DNA of 63,346 nucleotides, filler included, from Saprolegnia diclina VS20 (lineage: Eukaryota): the NCBI RefSeq assembly GCF_000281045.1. It is 6 parts of 2 records of this genome, joined end to end, with 100 filler letters (N's around TTAATTAATTAA, not from the genome) between each part and the next. Parts side by side here need not be neighbours in the genome. Positions count along the whole stretch, not along the records: positions 1 to 31,473 come from NW_008246083.1; positions 31,574 to 56,549 come from NW_008246083.1; 4 more parts are not named here. One strand, 5' to 3'. The notes under the pieces were generated by a model. That model made no database searches. It saw only the letters and a program-made list of their open reading frames with translations, and was not told where the DNA came from. Every line of letters starts with the position of its first letter. The first letter of the stretch is position 1. This document shows, piece after piece, positions 23,381 through 35,420 of this stretch. Made by a program: the position numbers and the translations under genes.

Positions 23381-25892
23381 CTAGTCGGCGCTGATGGAGA
23401 TGCCGCCGTCGGGCTGGCGCTTGCCGCAGAGACCAAAGAACTTCATGCACGGCAGGTCGTAGTAGTGCTTCTTCACGGGGTCGTGCAAGGTGTCGTAGGC
23501 GGCTTGCAGCTTCTCGTACTTCTGCGGCTCAGTCCCGTTGTTGTACCGGAGCACGCGAACGTGGTAGGCGTGTTCGATCTCGTCGCTGCTCGCGCCCTTG
23601 ACGAGCCCGAGCTTGGCGTACAGGTCCTTCCCGCGCCACATGGCCGCTTCGTACACGTCCAAGTGCGACCGCAGCGCGCGGCCAATAATGTCTATCGTTT
23701 GACAAGATAGTCTCGACCATCAAGTCCACCAAGGGTACCTGGACACGTCGCCCACGTCGCCATGTACTTTGCGCAGTACGCGGCCGCGCGCACTTGGACG
23801 TAATGTTCGCAGCGCTTTTGCCCCGGGTAGAGCTCGGTGCAAACCCAGTCGTCTTCGGGGGGTACGTACTCGATCTTGTGCGGCAAGCCAGCGTACGTCG
23901 CTTGGAGGCTAAAGAGAATGCGCCGCGGCCGAAGCCGAGCGCAGGACACATGGCTGCACGTGAGGTTGAGCAGCGTCTCGTTGATGGGCGCGGTTTGAAA
24001 GAGGTCGTGCTTGTCGAGGAAGGCGTAGACGACGTCGACAGGCTCCTGATCCTCATAGACGTCGAGGTCGCCGAGCTTCTCGGTTGCGGTGTCCATGACG
24101 GGCAGGTGGAACACGCGCGCTTCGGCCCGCGTGCAGTTGAGAAGCGGCATGGCCGCGCGCTCGAGGCGACAGAGCGCGTGGAGCCACTCTTGCCGCTCGA
24201 AAAACGTCCAGTTGCGCAGCGTGCCGTACCAGTAGACCACATCGGCCGGCTCGTCGTCGCCGTAAAACGGTACGTGTTCGCCGTGGATGGGGGCGACGTA
24301 CACAAGACTCCGCTCCCGCGTGCAAGCAACGTCCAAGGCATTGCAAATGCCGTCCTTGATGGACGCTTGCTGCTGCGCGTCGAGGTTGTGCTGGACGCCA
24401 AACCGGTAGACGGCGTCGACCGGTTCGTCCCCTAACCGCTTTTCAGGAATCATGAAGGGGTAGGGTTTCCAACCGTCGAGCACGTCGACGTAGCCGAGTG
24501 GGTTGGGGTCCGACATGTTCATTTTGATGGGAATCGAAGCAAGCAATGGCGCCCAGCGACTGCACGTGACGTTGACAGAGGCCTTGAGATCGTGGCAGAC
24601 GCGGTTGAGCAAGTCGTCGCGAAAGCCGGTTGGGAGACTGTGGGCGGCAGCAAAGGCAAAGACGTTGTCGGCCGCTTCGTCGCCGTCCAGCACCACGACC
24701 GATCCAATGGCGTTGCCTATATAGCGGTACTGAACTCTCTTCCTCAATGGACGATGACGCACCTTCGTCGTCGGTGACGAGGCGGTCGTACAGCTTGGCG
24801 CGGCCCCGAGTGCACGTGATTGGCGGGCGGTTGCAAAGCGCATCAAAGAGCCCGTGGCGCATCGACACTGTCAAGTTGTAGCGGCGTCCGAGAGCGTAGA
24901 TGACGTCGGCGACCTCGTCACCGTCGTAGAGCGTCACCGCGATCGACGGCCCGTCCGCATCAAACTGCACTGGCGCCGAGAAGACGAGCACGCGATCGCG
25001 TGTGCAGTACGGTGAGACGAGCGGCTCGGCGCATACGGTTTGAAGGAGCGACCTAGCGGCCATCAGACAGCGTTCGACATTGTAGAACGTACAGCTGCAA
25101 CTCGCGGTCAAGGGGCGGCTGCATGGCGGAAATGACATCAATGGGCTCTTGTCCGTAGTAGATATCGAGGACGCCGAGGTCGACGCCGTCCGGGCCTTGA
25201 ATGTGGCGGTGGAAGAGCCTCGGAATCGTCCGGTCGCAGGGCAAGCGACTGCAGACGTAGCCAAGCACCTGCTGCAGCATGCTCTCGAGGCTGCTCCGTT
25301 CGGGAAACCACGGCTGAAGATAGGCAAACACCGCGTCCGGAGGCGCCTCGTCGTCGTAGATGGTGAGCACACCGAGCGACGACCCGTGGTCTCCCGTGAA
25401 GCCTTGCTGAAGGGCCACGGCGCGGTGTCGCAAACAGCGCTAGCGTGAAAATGAACCACTTGTCTATAGGACCTATCGTACCACGGATGCTTGGGCGCAA
25501 ATGGAGCCAATCATTTGCCGTTGAAAGGCAGGCCCGAGCGTGTGCTGTCGGCAGAACGCAGCGACCGCGTCCGCCGGCTCGTCGCCGTCGAGGAGCTCAA
25601 AATTCCCGATGGACGCACCGTTGTCGCCAGTGATTTTGGCGGAAAACACGATCGGCGCTGCTCGGGTACAGGGCAAGGCGCTGCAAAAGGTCTCGAGCGC
25701 CGTGTGCTGGAACGCCAGCGAGAGGTTGTGCTCGTGGCGAAAGGCGGCGATCGCGTCAATCGGCTCGACGCCGGGCGGAACCGAGACACTAAAGACCTTG
25801 CCGTGCAGCTCAAAGCGCCTAGTGACGGTCGTCTCAAGTGCGTGGGCTACGAGTAGTAGCTGGAGTAGGACGATGAGCAATAGTCGGCGCAT
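23381..25892 (-). CDS. Secreted/ER protein with about 9 tandem ~65-aa Cys-paired repeats and a C-terminal degenerate J domain (multi-exon)
   Basis: Signal peptide MRRLLLIVLLQLLLVAHA. Repeats with consensus (L/V)x(L/Y)DG(D/Q)EP(A/V)D(A/V)VxxF...L...C...C(T/S)R. An intron at about 23692-23738 joins TCP|DIIGRALRSHL to DLYAKLGLVKGASSDEIEHAY...YEKLQAAYDTLHDPVKKHYYD. Confidence 0.8.
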
Positions 25893-25988
25893 GGTGGACA
25901 AAATGTATCTTTTCGGTGTCGCTCCAAGATATTCGAGTTTGCCGTTTCGAAAAGTGGTCCTAGTAGCTCACGCGTGTACAGTACGACG

Positions 25989-27384
25989 ATGCTGCCGGCA
26001 CCGCTAATGCTGCTCGCGGTCTCGAGCTCCGTCTCGGTCGTCGCGTGCGTGAGCATGATGGTGTGCTTTGTGCTCTTTGAAGAATCGCGCCGGTGCGGCC
26101 GCCGCATCCTCTTCTACCTCCACGCCACCGACCTTCTCGGTGCCGTTCTATGGCTATTGACGCTCCTGCCCGACATCGCGTCGCCGCCGACGCCTATTTT
26201 GTCGACGCCGTGGACGTGCTACGTGCAGGTGCTCACAGGATCAAAGTCGGGACCTTCCGCAACCTCTTGTAGGGTTATGGACTGCAGTTTTGCGTGCTCT
26301 CGTCGTACCTCTGGACGACTTGCTTTGCCTTCCACTTGTACCAAATCCTCGTCAAGGCCAACAAGACGCCCGAGGTTGATCTATTGATTGTCATTTTGTT
26401 TCAAGCACTGCGACTAGATGTACGAGTGGCGCTACGTGTTGCTCGCGTGGGGGGCCCCGCTCCTCGTACTCTTCTTCGACTATCGCCTCTTCTCGCAAAC
26501 GAGTGACTCGTAGATTGTCCTTATGTTTATGAGCCAGCAACTCTGTGGGTTTGAACTCATTGGGTTTGGCGGGCTACCATGGTTCGACGCCCTCTTCTTC
26601 GCCGTTGCACCATCCCCTGTGTTACGGTAGGTGCTGGGTCCGCTCGTGGAGCGACGACCAGTGGGTCCTCGACGGCTACGTACTTCAAATGCTCTTCTTT
26701 TACGGCCCGATCACGATGGCGTTGGCGGTCAACACGGCGCTCTTCCTCACCGTCGCCACCAAGCTGGTGCGAGCACTATAGCGAAACCCTCAAGTGGCAT
26801 ACCATCCTAGGGGCGGTCGACCGTCATGTCGACGGGCATGGAAGAAAAAATACGGTGGCGCATGATGGCCTACATCGGGGTAGACGTCAGCATGTTGACG
26901 TTGCTGTTGACAAGAATGCTAGATCTTCGTCCTCACGTGTGCCTGGGGCGGCCTCGGCCGAACGTTCCAGGTACGCACGTATCGACCCATCTGCGCAATA
27001 TTGCGAACGCGATGCAGGTGATTTCCCCCGAGCACGAGATCAGCCCCGTCTTCTTGGCGCTCACGGCGTTCTTTGCACCGCTGCAGGTTGGATGAGCAGC
27101 TGCTGTCGTCATGTCAACACTTACTTTGCTTAGGGTGCACTCAACTGCGTCACGTACGGTCTCAACAAGCTGGTGGTTCCTGTACCGCTAGCATCTCGTT
27201 GCTGATCTCTGTGCATTTAGCTCCGCGAGCGCTTTGTGTCGGCTCTTCGGCAGTGGTCGGCGCTCCCACCAACGACCCATTTATGCATTGATGACGTAGG
27301 CGACAGCGCAGCGGCGGTAAAGGCGCTGGTTTGCCCGAGAAGCGCACGCTGGTCCACAGCCCCAAGCGCCTTCGAAGAACATGA
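25989..27384 (+). CDS. 7TM G-protein-coupled receptor, cAMP-receptor-like/GCR1 family (multi-exon; 3' end uncertain, 27384 or 27427)
   Basis: RRILFYLHATDL, CYVQ|GYGLQFCVLSSYLWTTCFAFHLY, CWVRS, FFYGPI and APLQ|GALNCVTYGLNK are the typical cAR/GCR1 motifs. Confidence 0.8.
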
Positions 27385-27680
27385 TGTGTTGCAGGCCTGC
27401 GACGTTTGTGTGTCGGCGTCATGTTAACACTGGCGCGATTCGGTGGATTGTCAATAAAGTGTACTGTTCCGGTCGTGTTGGGCTTGACACTCGGCGCTGG
27501 CCCCTTGCCTCGCTCGATCATCGCAGTGCAGCCTGTACTGTACAGGCCAGGAGAGGGATGGGCTACGAGTTGTCGCGACGCGACAAGTGCAGCGGCATCC
27601 GCGACGACTCGTTCATGCAAACACCGCTCCACGCGCGAGCTAGCGGTCGACTGCTGGACATAAGCAGCACCTTGGCGCGG

Positions 27681-27734
27681 TTTTGCGAGCCATTTTGCGA
27701 GCCATTTTGCGAGCCTTTTGCGAGCCCATTTGCG
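27681..27734. repeat. Short tandem repeat (TTTTGCGAGCCA, about 4.5 copies)
   Basis: ttttgcgagcca-ttttgcgagcca-ttttgcgagcc-ttttgcgagccca-tttgcg, upstream of the 27904 gene. Confidence 0.85.
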
Positions 27735-27903
27735 TCGGCGCAAAAAAAGGTGACTCACACCGCGCCTGTCGCAACTCACCGCCGGCACAGAATTGACTTT
27801 GCATTTGTATACTGTCGGATCGAGACAAATGCCACGTCGGTGGCGCGGTTGTGAGATTACCCTTTACGCTGCAGCAAGCTCGCGTACTCACAGCGACGAC
27901 GAC

Positions 27904-28989
27904 ATGAGCGCGCTCCTTCCGAGCACGACCTACTGCTACGCGTCGCGAGGCCCGGCGTCCGCGTCTCCCTTGGCGGCAGCGGCGCTCGGCAACCTTGGCC
28001 AAGGCAACGGCGGTGTCTGCCCCGTGCGCATAGCGTTCGCGCTGCCGACAACGCTTTCGAGTACGGTGCCACTCAACGTCTCGTGGACGCTCTCGCTGAA
28101 CGACCAAGAGCGCGTAACCACGCTCGCGATTGTCAATAGCTCGACGACACTCACGCCGACGAGCGCCATGGCCCCGGTGCAGATTGCGCAGTCGGCGCTG
28201 TATCTGTGCCCGACGACCGCGCTCTGCGGGCTCTACTCGGCCGAGGCAAGGCCATTGCCGTACTTGCCATCGCAGTCGCCGCTCAATTTTACCAACGGAA
28301 CCGCTTCGTTCTTCACGCGCAACGTCACGCTGCCCGCAGGCGAGTATGCGGCGTTCGTAGTGACTACGGTGCCCGGCCTTCAACTGCCCAACACGTCTGT
28401 GCGCATCGACCTTGTGAGCTACACGTTGGTGCACGTTGTTGCGCCGGTCGAGCCGCCAGTGCTCTCGACGGTCGAGTATGTGTACATTGGTGTCGGGGCT
28501 GCTCTCGCTGCGCTTGTGCTCGTGCTTTTGGCGGTCTGTCTCTGTCGGCGCCGGCGTCGCAAGCTGCACGCCGAGCAGGTCATGGCGGCGTATGCGCGCG
28601 CCAACACCCGCGTCTCGAACCGACGACCAAGCCCCCGGCGCATGCTGTCGCTGCGGCAGTCGGGCCGCATGAGTCCGCGGCGAGTGCTCTCCCAGCGTCA
28701 GTCGGGGCGCGCGAGCAGCAGTCATACGTACCGCCACCACGGCTCGGTCATTCGCCTCGGCCACTCACCACGCACCCAAGTTCCGCCGAATCCGACCTCC
28801 ATGTCAATATCGTTTTCGAACGAGTCCGACTTTGCCAACTTTGCTCTCTCGCCCTGGCACCACGGCCAGTCGGACATCTACAATCGGCACTCGGACAGCG
28901 CGTCGTCGCCCGCCGACTCGACCGAAGGCTACTACACCGAACCGTCGTTCGCGTCGTCGTCGCACGGTGTCACGGCGTACCGTATTTAA
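27904..28989 (+). CDS. Single-pass membrane protein (N-glycosylated ectodomain, S/R-rich cytoplasmic tail)
   Basis: Intronless ORF with several NxS/T sites (NVS, NSS, NFT, NGT, NVT, NTS), TM segment YIGVGAALAALVLVLLAVCLC and stop-transfer RRRRRK. Confidence 0.75.
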   Translation: MSALLPSTTYCYASRGPASASPLAAAALGNLGQGNGGVCPVRIAFALPTTLSSTVPLNVSWTLSLNDQERVTTLAIVNSSTTLTPTSAMAPVQIAQSALYLCPTTALCGLYSAEARPLPYLPSQSPLNFTNGTASFFTRNVTLPAGEYAAFVVTTVPGLQLPNTSVRIDLVSYTLVHVVAPVEPPVLSTVEYVYIGVGAALAALVLVLLAVCLCRRRRRKLHAEQVMAAYARANTRVSNRRPSPRRMLSLRQSGRMSPRRVLSQRQSGRASSSHTYRHHGSVIRLGHSPRTQVPPNPTSMSISFSNESDFANFALSPWHHGQSDIYNRHSDSASSPADSTEGYYTEPSFASSSHGVTAYRI

Positions 28990-29091
28990 CGTTAATGTAC
29001 CCACCTCCAACTGCGTTCTTACCACAATGTATCTGCCAACGACGTTGGGAGTTGCGTACTTCGGACGATACACAAGCTGCTGTTGAATAGC

Positions 29092-30404
29092 TCATACTTG
29101 GATCGTAGCCACCGAGTTTGAGATGCATCGCTTGGGCGGTGTCAGTCGCGCCTTCTCGATATCGTCTGCGTTGTTGGCCTTGGTCGGCGAGCTCAGAATG
29201 ACGAGCGCGGTTCCTGCAAGCACGAGGAGGCCGCCACCGAGCGTGAGGAGACCTAGCACAGCTAGTATCAGTCTCTCGTCGCAGCAAAGCGGAACGTACC
29301 GGGAATGGCTTCGACGTGGGCCAAGATGCCAATCACCGTGGCGATGATGGGCTCGAGGAGCATGACCATTGAGATCACGATCGGTTCAAAGTAGTAGAGA
29401 CCGCGGACGTAGCCCATGGTGCCAATGAAATCGCAGACAAAGACAATGTAGAGGGCGACCGGAAGGCGGTTGGCGACCGGCGTCATCCAGCCGTAGAGAC
29501 CGACCGCTGGGTCCATCGAGAACTCAAGGGGCGCGCCCGTACACACGAGGAGCGTGAGGAGGATGCCGGCGCCGATGAGGTCGAGGTAGTACATGAACAC
29601 CATGAGGTCGACGTTCGGGCGGAGGCGCTCGGCCTGCGTGAGGTACAAGACGCCGCCGATCGCGCCGACAAAAGCCACGAAATCGCCCTCCATGGACGGC
29701 AGCGTGATCGGTGCGTTCGGGTCCGACGGGTGAAAGTCCAGCGTCGTCACGATGCCGCCGACAAGGCCAATGAGCGTACCAGTGAGCTGCGCGCCAGTCA
29801 CGGGCTGGCGAAACAAGAGCTTTCCGAAGACGAGGAGAAGCGAGTGGCAGTTGTTGAAGATATACGCGTGGCTCACGGACGTCATGTCAAGTGCGCAAAT
29901 GAACGTGCCGAGGAAGATGACGTAGCCAATGCCGGCAAATGCCATCGAGACCACATCGATCGTCGTCGGCAGCTACTCAGGACAGCAGCAGCATGTCAAA
30001 CGCCATGACCGGGAAGAGAAATGGATACTAAGATATACCTTGAAGGAGCAGCCGCGGGCGTAGGCAAAGAGGCCCATGAAGAACGCAGTGGCCGTCATGC
30101 GCCAAAAGAGCTTGAGGAGCGGTGTGACGCCCGTCTGGAGGTCGAGCGCAATACCCACGGACGAGACAGTGAAGAGGCTCGCGGCGAGGATGAGCGTGCC
30201 CAGCCACGCCTGCAACGGCGACGTGTGGATCTCGGTGATCGTCGCCGACGCGTAGAGCGCGGTCGTGAGCGTGGCCGGGTCTTCTTCGAACGCGTTCGAG
30301 CGCGAGATGGACCGCAGGACGCGCGACGTCTCTTCAAAGACGTTCGACTTGGAGAGCGATCGGAGCAGGCCCGAGGACTCGGTGGGCGTGCGTGGTGTCG
30401 TCAT
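29092..30404 (-). CDS. Drug/metabolite transporter (DMT/EamA) family protein (multi-exon)
   Basis: About 10 hydrophobic helices, with LKLFWR, TSVSHAYIFNNCHSL, EGDFVAFVGAIGGVLY, ISMVMLLEPIIATVIG and TLGGGLLVLAG. Confidence 0.85.
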
Positions 30405-30417
30405 GGAGCTAGAGCGA

Positions 30418-30528
30418 AGGCGGGTGCTGGCGCTAAGGCGGGTGCTGGCGGGTGCTGGCTGGTCCTGGCGCTGGAGGCGGGTGCTGGCTGGTGCTGGCGC
30501 TGGCGGGTGCTGGCTGGTGCTGGCGGGG
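30418..30528. repeat. Imperfect G-rich tandem repeat of a GGCGGGTGCT/GGCTGGTGCT-like unit, immediately upstream of the DMT start
   Basis: aggcgggtgctggcgctaaggcgggtgctggcgggtgctggctggtcctggcgctggaggcgggtgctggctggtgctgg... Confidence 0.8.
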
Positions 30529-31473
30529 TCAGAGTCCAAGTGACCGACGAGAGCCAAAGATTGGAACATTTGTGACACGCAAGTCCGAATTGAAACAAAA
30601 TGTCCGAATTCAAACCTGAATATAGGGCCACACTTGGTTAAAGTATGTTCACCTGCGAGCGTTCGTCGCGGCTATGCATCGTAACGGCAGCGACACCAAC
30701 CACGCGACGTTGAAGCCGCGCCAGGTGGTCCGACCCTTGACGACCAGAGCGAGCGCATGCCACTCGAGACTCCAAAACTCGACTAAGATAACGACAAGCC
30801 GACTTCACAACAATTTCAACGAATGGATTCAAGCTAGCAGCCAGTGAGGTCGGCTCCACGGGCGAATTTCGACGTCGACAGCCACCCAGCCACCTAGGAG
30901 CACCCATTTGAAGGCGCGTCTGGTCCGCGCCACGTCGGTCAAGTCTCGAGTGCTCGCCACAAGAGAATTTGTGGCGAGGAGCAGGCTTCATCGCTTGAGA
31001 TAGGATTGCGCAACAACACTGGATTTTGCAGCGACCGGAGAAGGATCGGCCAGTGGATTTATGGCGCCGAGGGTATGCGTTTGGTGCATGGACCATGGAC
31101 GCTGATACTACTTCAAAGTGGCAGGAAGCTCACCACCTATTTGCTAGACTCCAGCGCCCACACTGGTAGGAAATCGCGTCGGTCCACACACATGATACAC
31201 CTGCTGCTGGTTATCTGCGTCGACCCGACAGATGGTTGACATTGCGAGTCCTGGCGCGTAGTTCAAGTCGACGATTCCATTTTTATTCGAATGCAGAGAA
31301 GATTTTAATAGGCCATCACACATCAATGATGTATGACCTTTCTTTATTGAACGCGGCTGCAGAGAAGCACGAGATGCAGTGAGCTGGGATCTATCATGGC
31401 TGACGGCGCTCTACGTCATGAACTTGGCCTCCAACAGTTCATCAGAGTGGGTCGCGCCCGCCAGGTATCAAAC

Positions 31474-31573
31474 NNNNNNNNNNNNNNNNNNNNNNNNNNN
31501 NNNNNNNNNNNNNNNNNTTAATTAATTAANNNNNNNNNNNNNNNNNNNNNNNNNNNNNNNNNNNNNNNNNNNN
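31474..31573. other. Assembly gap with six-frame-stop linker
   Basis: 100 nt made of an N run, TTAATTAATTAA and a second N run. Confidence 0.98.
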
Positions 31574-32199
31574 CATAGTCTTGCGTTCGTGTGCCGGCCA
31601 TAATGATAGCGGATGAGCTGTAATGGCTTGGTATCTTTGCGTCAGAACTGATTGGGCTACTCGTTGCATGTGCGACGGTCTTGTCGTTTGCGTTGGAGCA
31701 GCCAAACGCTAGACTTCTGGACGCGGTGGCAGAATCGGAGATGAAACGTGGATGATATGGATGTGTTTTATCCATATTGCCATGATGTTGATTTGCTGTG
31801 GGTCTCACTCTACTGCGTTTTCTTGGTAGCGTATGTACCCAGCATCATGCGAAGATGATCGATGGGCGAAACAAATGCATTTCATCGCACCTTGTTGCGA
31901 CAGCTAGTTGCGACATTCAGAAGTTTTTGGCTGCGCGAGTCGTGCTCGGCAGTTCTGCCGCGCGGGATACAAACTCTTGCACAAATCGTATCTGGCCTCC
32001 TCACATGACCTTGGTTTCAGTCGCAACGCAGTCATGCGTACAGCCACTGAGACCTCATGCATGTGGAGCATATCGGTAATGAACCAAGTATCGAGCTGGA
32101 CGCAATTTCTTCCCACTTCCTCTATATGTATGGAGACGAATCCATGCGCAACCATATTCAAGTCGGTCGTGTCTCCATATATAGTGGAGCGCCAACAAT

Positions 32200-35175
32200 T
32201 TACGCCGTCTCGCTGTCGTTCGGCTCGTCCACGTCGTCCAAATCGTTGGGCTGCATCGTGGCGTACACGCGCCTTCGCCAACATGGTGATCTCTGCTGGG
32301 CCACGTTGCAGGTGGTACCTGTAGATGGTCGGTTTGTCTTCGTTGAAGGCCGCGATTCGCTTGGCTTCGTCGCGGTTGAGCGCGTAGCTGATGATGCGGT
32401 CCTACAAAAAGCATGTACAACGCTTGGGTCATTGGACTATCGCACTTGGATGGGCACGTGGCGCTTGGGCGGGAACTTTTGCGCGACGTTTTGCACAAAC
32501 TTGTGCCACATGCCGTCGGACGCAATGAGGTTCGGACGGCGGACGACGCTCTCGGGCGAGACGTCCGAGGGCACGAGCAGCGACGGCCCCAGCGGCACCT
32601 CGTCCTTTGACATCGGGACGTTCTCCTCGAGGAGCGAGGCCGTTTCGCCCGACCGGACAAACTCGAAGAGCGCGTACATCTGGTTCATCTGCGCCAAGTA
32701 CGGCACCGTCGACTCGTGCAGCGGCGCCCCAAGCAGCGACTCGTGGTGCTATACAAACTACCATAATCTACTCGGAGGAAGAGCAACTGACCTCGTCGTA
32801 GTTGTAGTTGAGGTCGAGGCGCGAGAGAACCCACTTGACACGACGCAGCAGCCGCTGGTCGTCCTCGGCAGTCACTTGCATGTGCTCCTGCAGGACGCGC
32901 GCCTCCTTCGCAGCGGCCTCGGCGGCCTGGTCGTCGGCCGTTCGGGCGATGTGGAAGTGCACAACGTCGCTGAGCTCGCCGGCGAGAACGCTCTCTTGAC
33001 TGTACAAGCGCTCGATGCGCTTGATGCTGCCGGGGTGGATGTCGCGGACGGCGTTGAGCAGGCTCTGCGTGCGCGCAATCTGCTGCTCCGCATTGTGCAT
33101 GGCAAAGCTAGGCGCGCACTAAGAACGTAGCGAGCGACGGGGCTCAAGAGTACCGCGTGGCTTGGGTCTCAAGCACGAGCTTTTGGAGCTCGGCCTCTTT
33201 GGCCGCGAGCCGCGCCTGCTCGTCGGCGAGGGCGGTCTGGAGGTCGGTGATCATCGACTGGTACTGCAGCGCGTTGGCCTCGAGCGAGAGGCAGTACATC
33301 TTTTGCTGCTCGAGCGTCGAGATGAGCTGCACGCGGGTGTGAATGCCCTCGACATGGCCAAACATAGTTTGGTGTTTCCAGACGCGGAAAAACGAGTACG
33401 CCGTGTGCCGAGCTTGGCGGCGGTGGTACGCGCGGATCAAGTTGGCTTGGGACGTATGGCGCTGCTTGCGCCGGACGACGTAGAGCACCCACGCTTGGAA
33501 CGGCACCTGTCCCAAAAGGCTAGGTGCACCCAACGTCTTGGATTCTGTTTGTTACCTGGAAGACGCGGTGGCAGTAGCTGCGCCACTCGTCGACGACCGT
33601 ACCCCGAAGCGAGTGCTGGTACGCTGACCGCACGCGCCACACGAGCAAAATGTGCCGTAGCGACCTGCGCGCGGCCAGTTCAAAGCGCTTTTGCACCTGC
33701 AACAACGATACATCGGCATATTGATAGATTGATACAAAGTCAAGTACCGTCTTGAGGCGACGGTTGAGCTGGCCCCACGCGCGCAAATGCTTGGCGAGGA
33801 CCGTCCGGCGGTAGTGGTATTCGATGCGGCGAATGTTGTAGTGCTGCGGAAACCGCTCAAACGTGCGCTTCTCGTTGAGCTTTTGAATTTCGCGCTCGAG
33901 TTGAAAGCTCCGAAAATGGGCGACCCACGCCGTCGCGACCTTGCGCACCATCGACGCCATGAAGTGCGCGTCGGCTTTGAGGAGGTTGGCGCGCAGCGGC
34001 AGCCAAACGCGGTCGCGCAAAAGCCGAAAGTACATGCGCTGCCTATGGTACACGGACCGCTCGCGGATGATGCGGATTGTGTCCTTCTGCAGCTCTTCCT
34101 TGACCATTTCCTGGGAAATGACGCGGTACCTAGCGTCGTCCATGAGGTATTATTGGCCCTCTCTTCGAAATGCCCACCGCTGGAGGAGCTCGAGACGCTC
34201 GCGGCACTTGGCGTACCGACCGCGGTACGCCTCGAGCACGTGCTTTCGACTGCGGGGCCCGATCGCGACCGCCTTCCAGCCGCGAAACATACTGACGCGC
34301 AGCGTCGCCATCTTGACCTGGTAGCGCGCTTCGACCTAATCGCGAAACGATGCAGTCGATGGGATGCAAAGGGCCCTACTTGCTGGTGGCGCTGGCGGCG
34401 GATTGGCCGCGTGAGCACCACGACGTCATGGAGCTGCTCGAGGAAGACGCCGAGCGTCCGAAGACGCGCGCGCTCCCGCATGGCGTCGATGGCCGCGTCC
34501 ACACGGCACACGCGGAGCGAGAAGCGCGCGAGGCTGTCGACAAAGGCGCGCGCACACTTGTGGCGCCACCGACCGAGGAATCGCATTGCGCTGCGGTGTC
34601 GCTTCCGGACGAGGTACCCGCGGACGGCCGCGACCATGATCGTCGCTGCGTGGCTGCGCTTGTTCTCGATCGACGTGATGTCAAAGAAGACGCGGTCGAG
34701 CCGGTGCACGGTCGCATGCATCTCCTTGACGGCGTGCGTGACCTTGGCGGCCATCTTGGGGTCCGTTTCGGGGTGCGACAGCGGCCGCATCTGCGTCACG
34801 GCCGCGAGCTCCGCCTGGAACGGATCCTGCTCCAGCACGTGGTGATGGTCGCGCGCCGCCTCAAGCGTCTCCATGCGCTCGGCCAACGTGGCTAGCTGGT
34901 GCGAGAGCGCTTGCACACTCACGTCCCCAAAGGCCGAGTGCGGTGCGTCCAGCGTCGCGGGCGACAGCGATGGCGCCGTCGCGACATGTCGCCGGCGCGC
35001 CCGCGCCGGGCGGGCGCTGGCGGCCTGCGCTGTCGCTGGATGGGCATCTACGAGCGCACGCTGTAGTACGAGGTCGTGCCACGAGTTGCTTACGGGGCGT
35101 GAAGGTCTTGCGCGTCAAGACGACCTCCTCGATCGTCTTCTTGTTGGGCGGGAGCTTGGCGGGCCGAAGCACCAT
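32200..35175 (-). CDS. Coiled-coil protein with an IQ motif and Sfi1-like Trp repeats (putative centrin/calmodulin-binding; multi-exon)
   Basis: IQ-like AATIMVAAVRGYLVRK, periodic ..F/L..W motifs (LAKHLRAW, RHILLVWR, VPFQAWV, YSFFRVWK) and coiled coil LQTALADEQARLAAKEAELQKL. Stop inferred after a final intron (…DEPNDSETA*). Confidence 0.65.
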
Positions 35176-35420
35176 CGGAAATCCTCAACCGTCGCCCTGC
35201 CACTTAGCAAATACCTTATTCAGTACCGTTGACAGTACATATGGCACATATAGTTGCTAGATTCGGCATAATAGTACTGATCAAGCGAATGTATCCAGCA
35301 CAACAACCAATCATAGACGCGGAAGTCCGATCCACAGGCCATCAAGAAATGCTTGTGGTGGCGTCGCAGGTGCTCCCTGCATCTATCCCGGTATCCGTAG
35401 TCTGCGCTTGGACATCGTCT

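Noticed and set aside
23381..23662. Stand-alone small DnaJ gene
   Set aside because: It splices in frame to the upstream repeat protein, so it is treated as that gene's last exon.
31474..31573. TTAATTAATTAA palindrome embedded in N runs (five occurrences in the window)
   Set aside because: Identical 100-nt format each time, so it is an artificial six-frame-stop scaffold linker, not biology.
30638..32050. ORFs flanking the first gap, including an LRR-like fragment (LTALYVMNLASN) near 31395
   Set aside because: Too short, interrupted and without coding bias.
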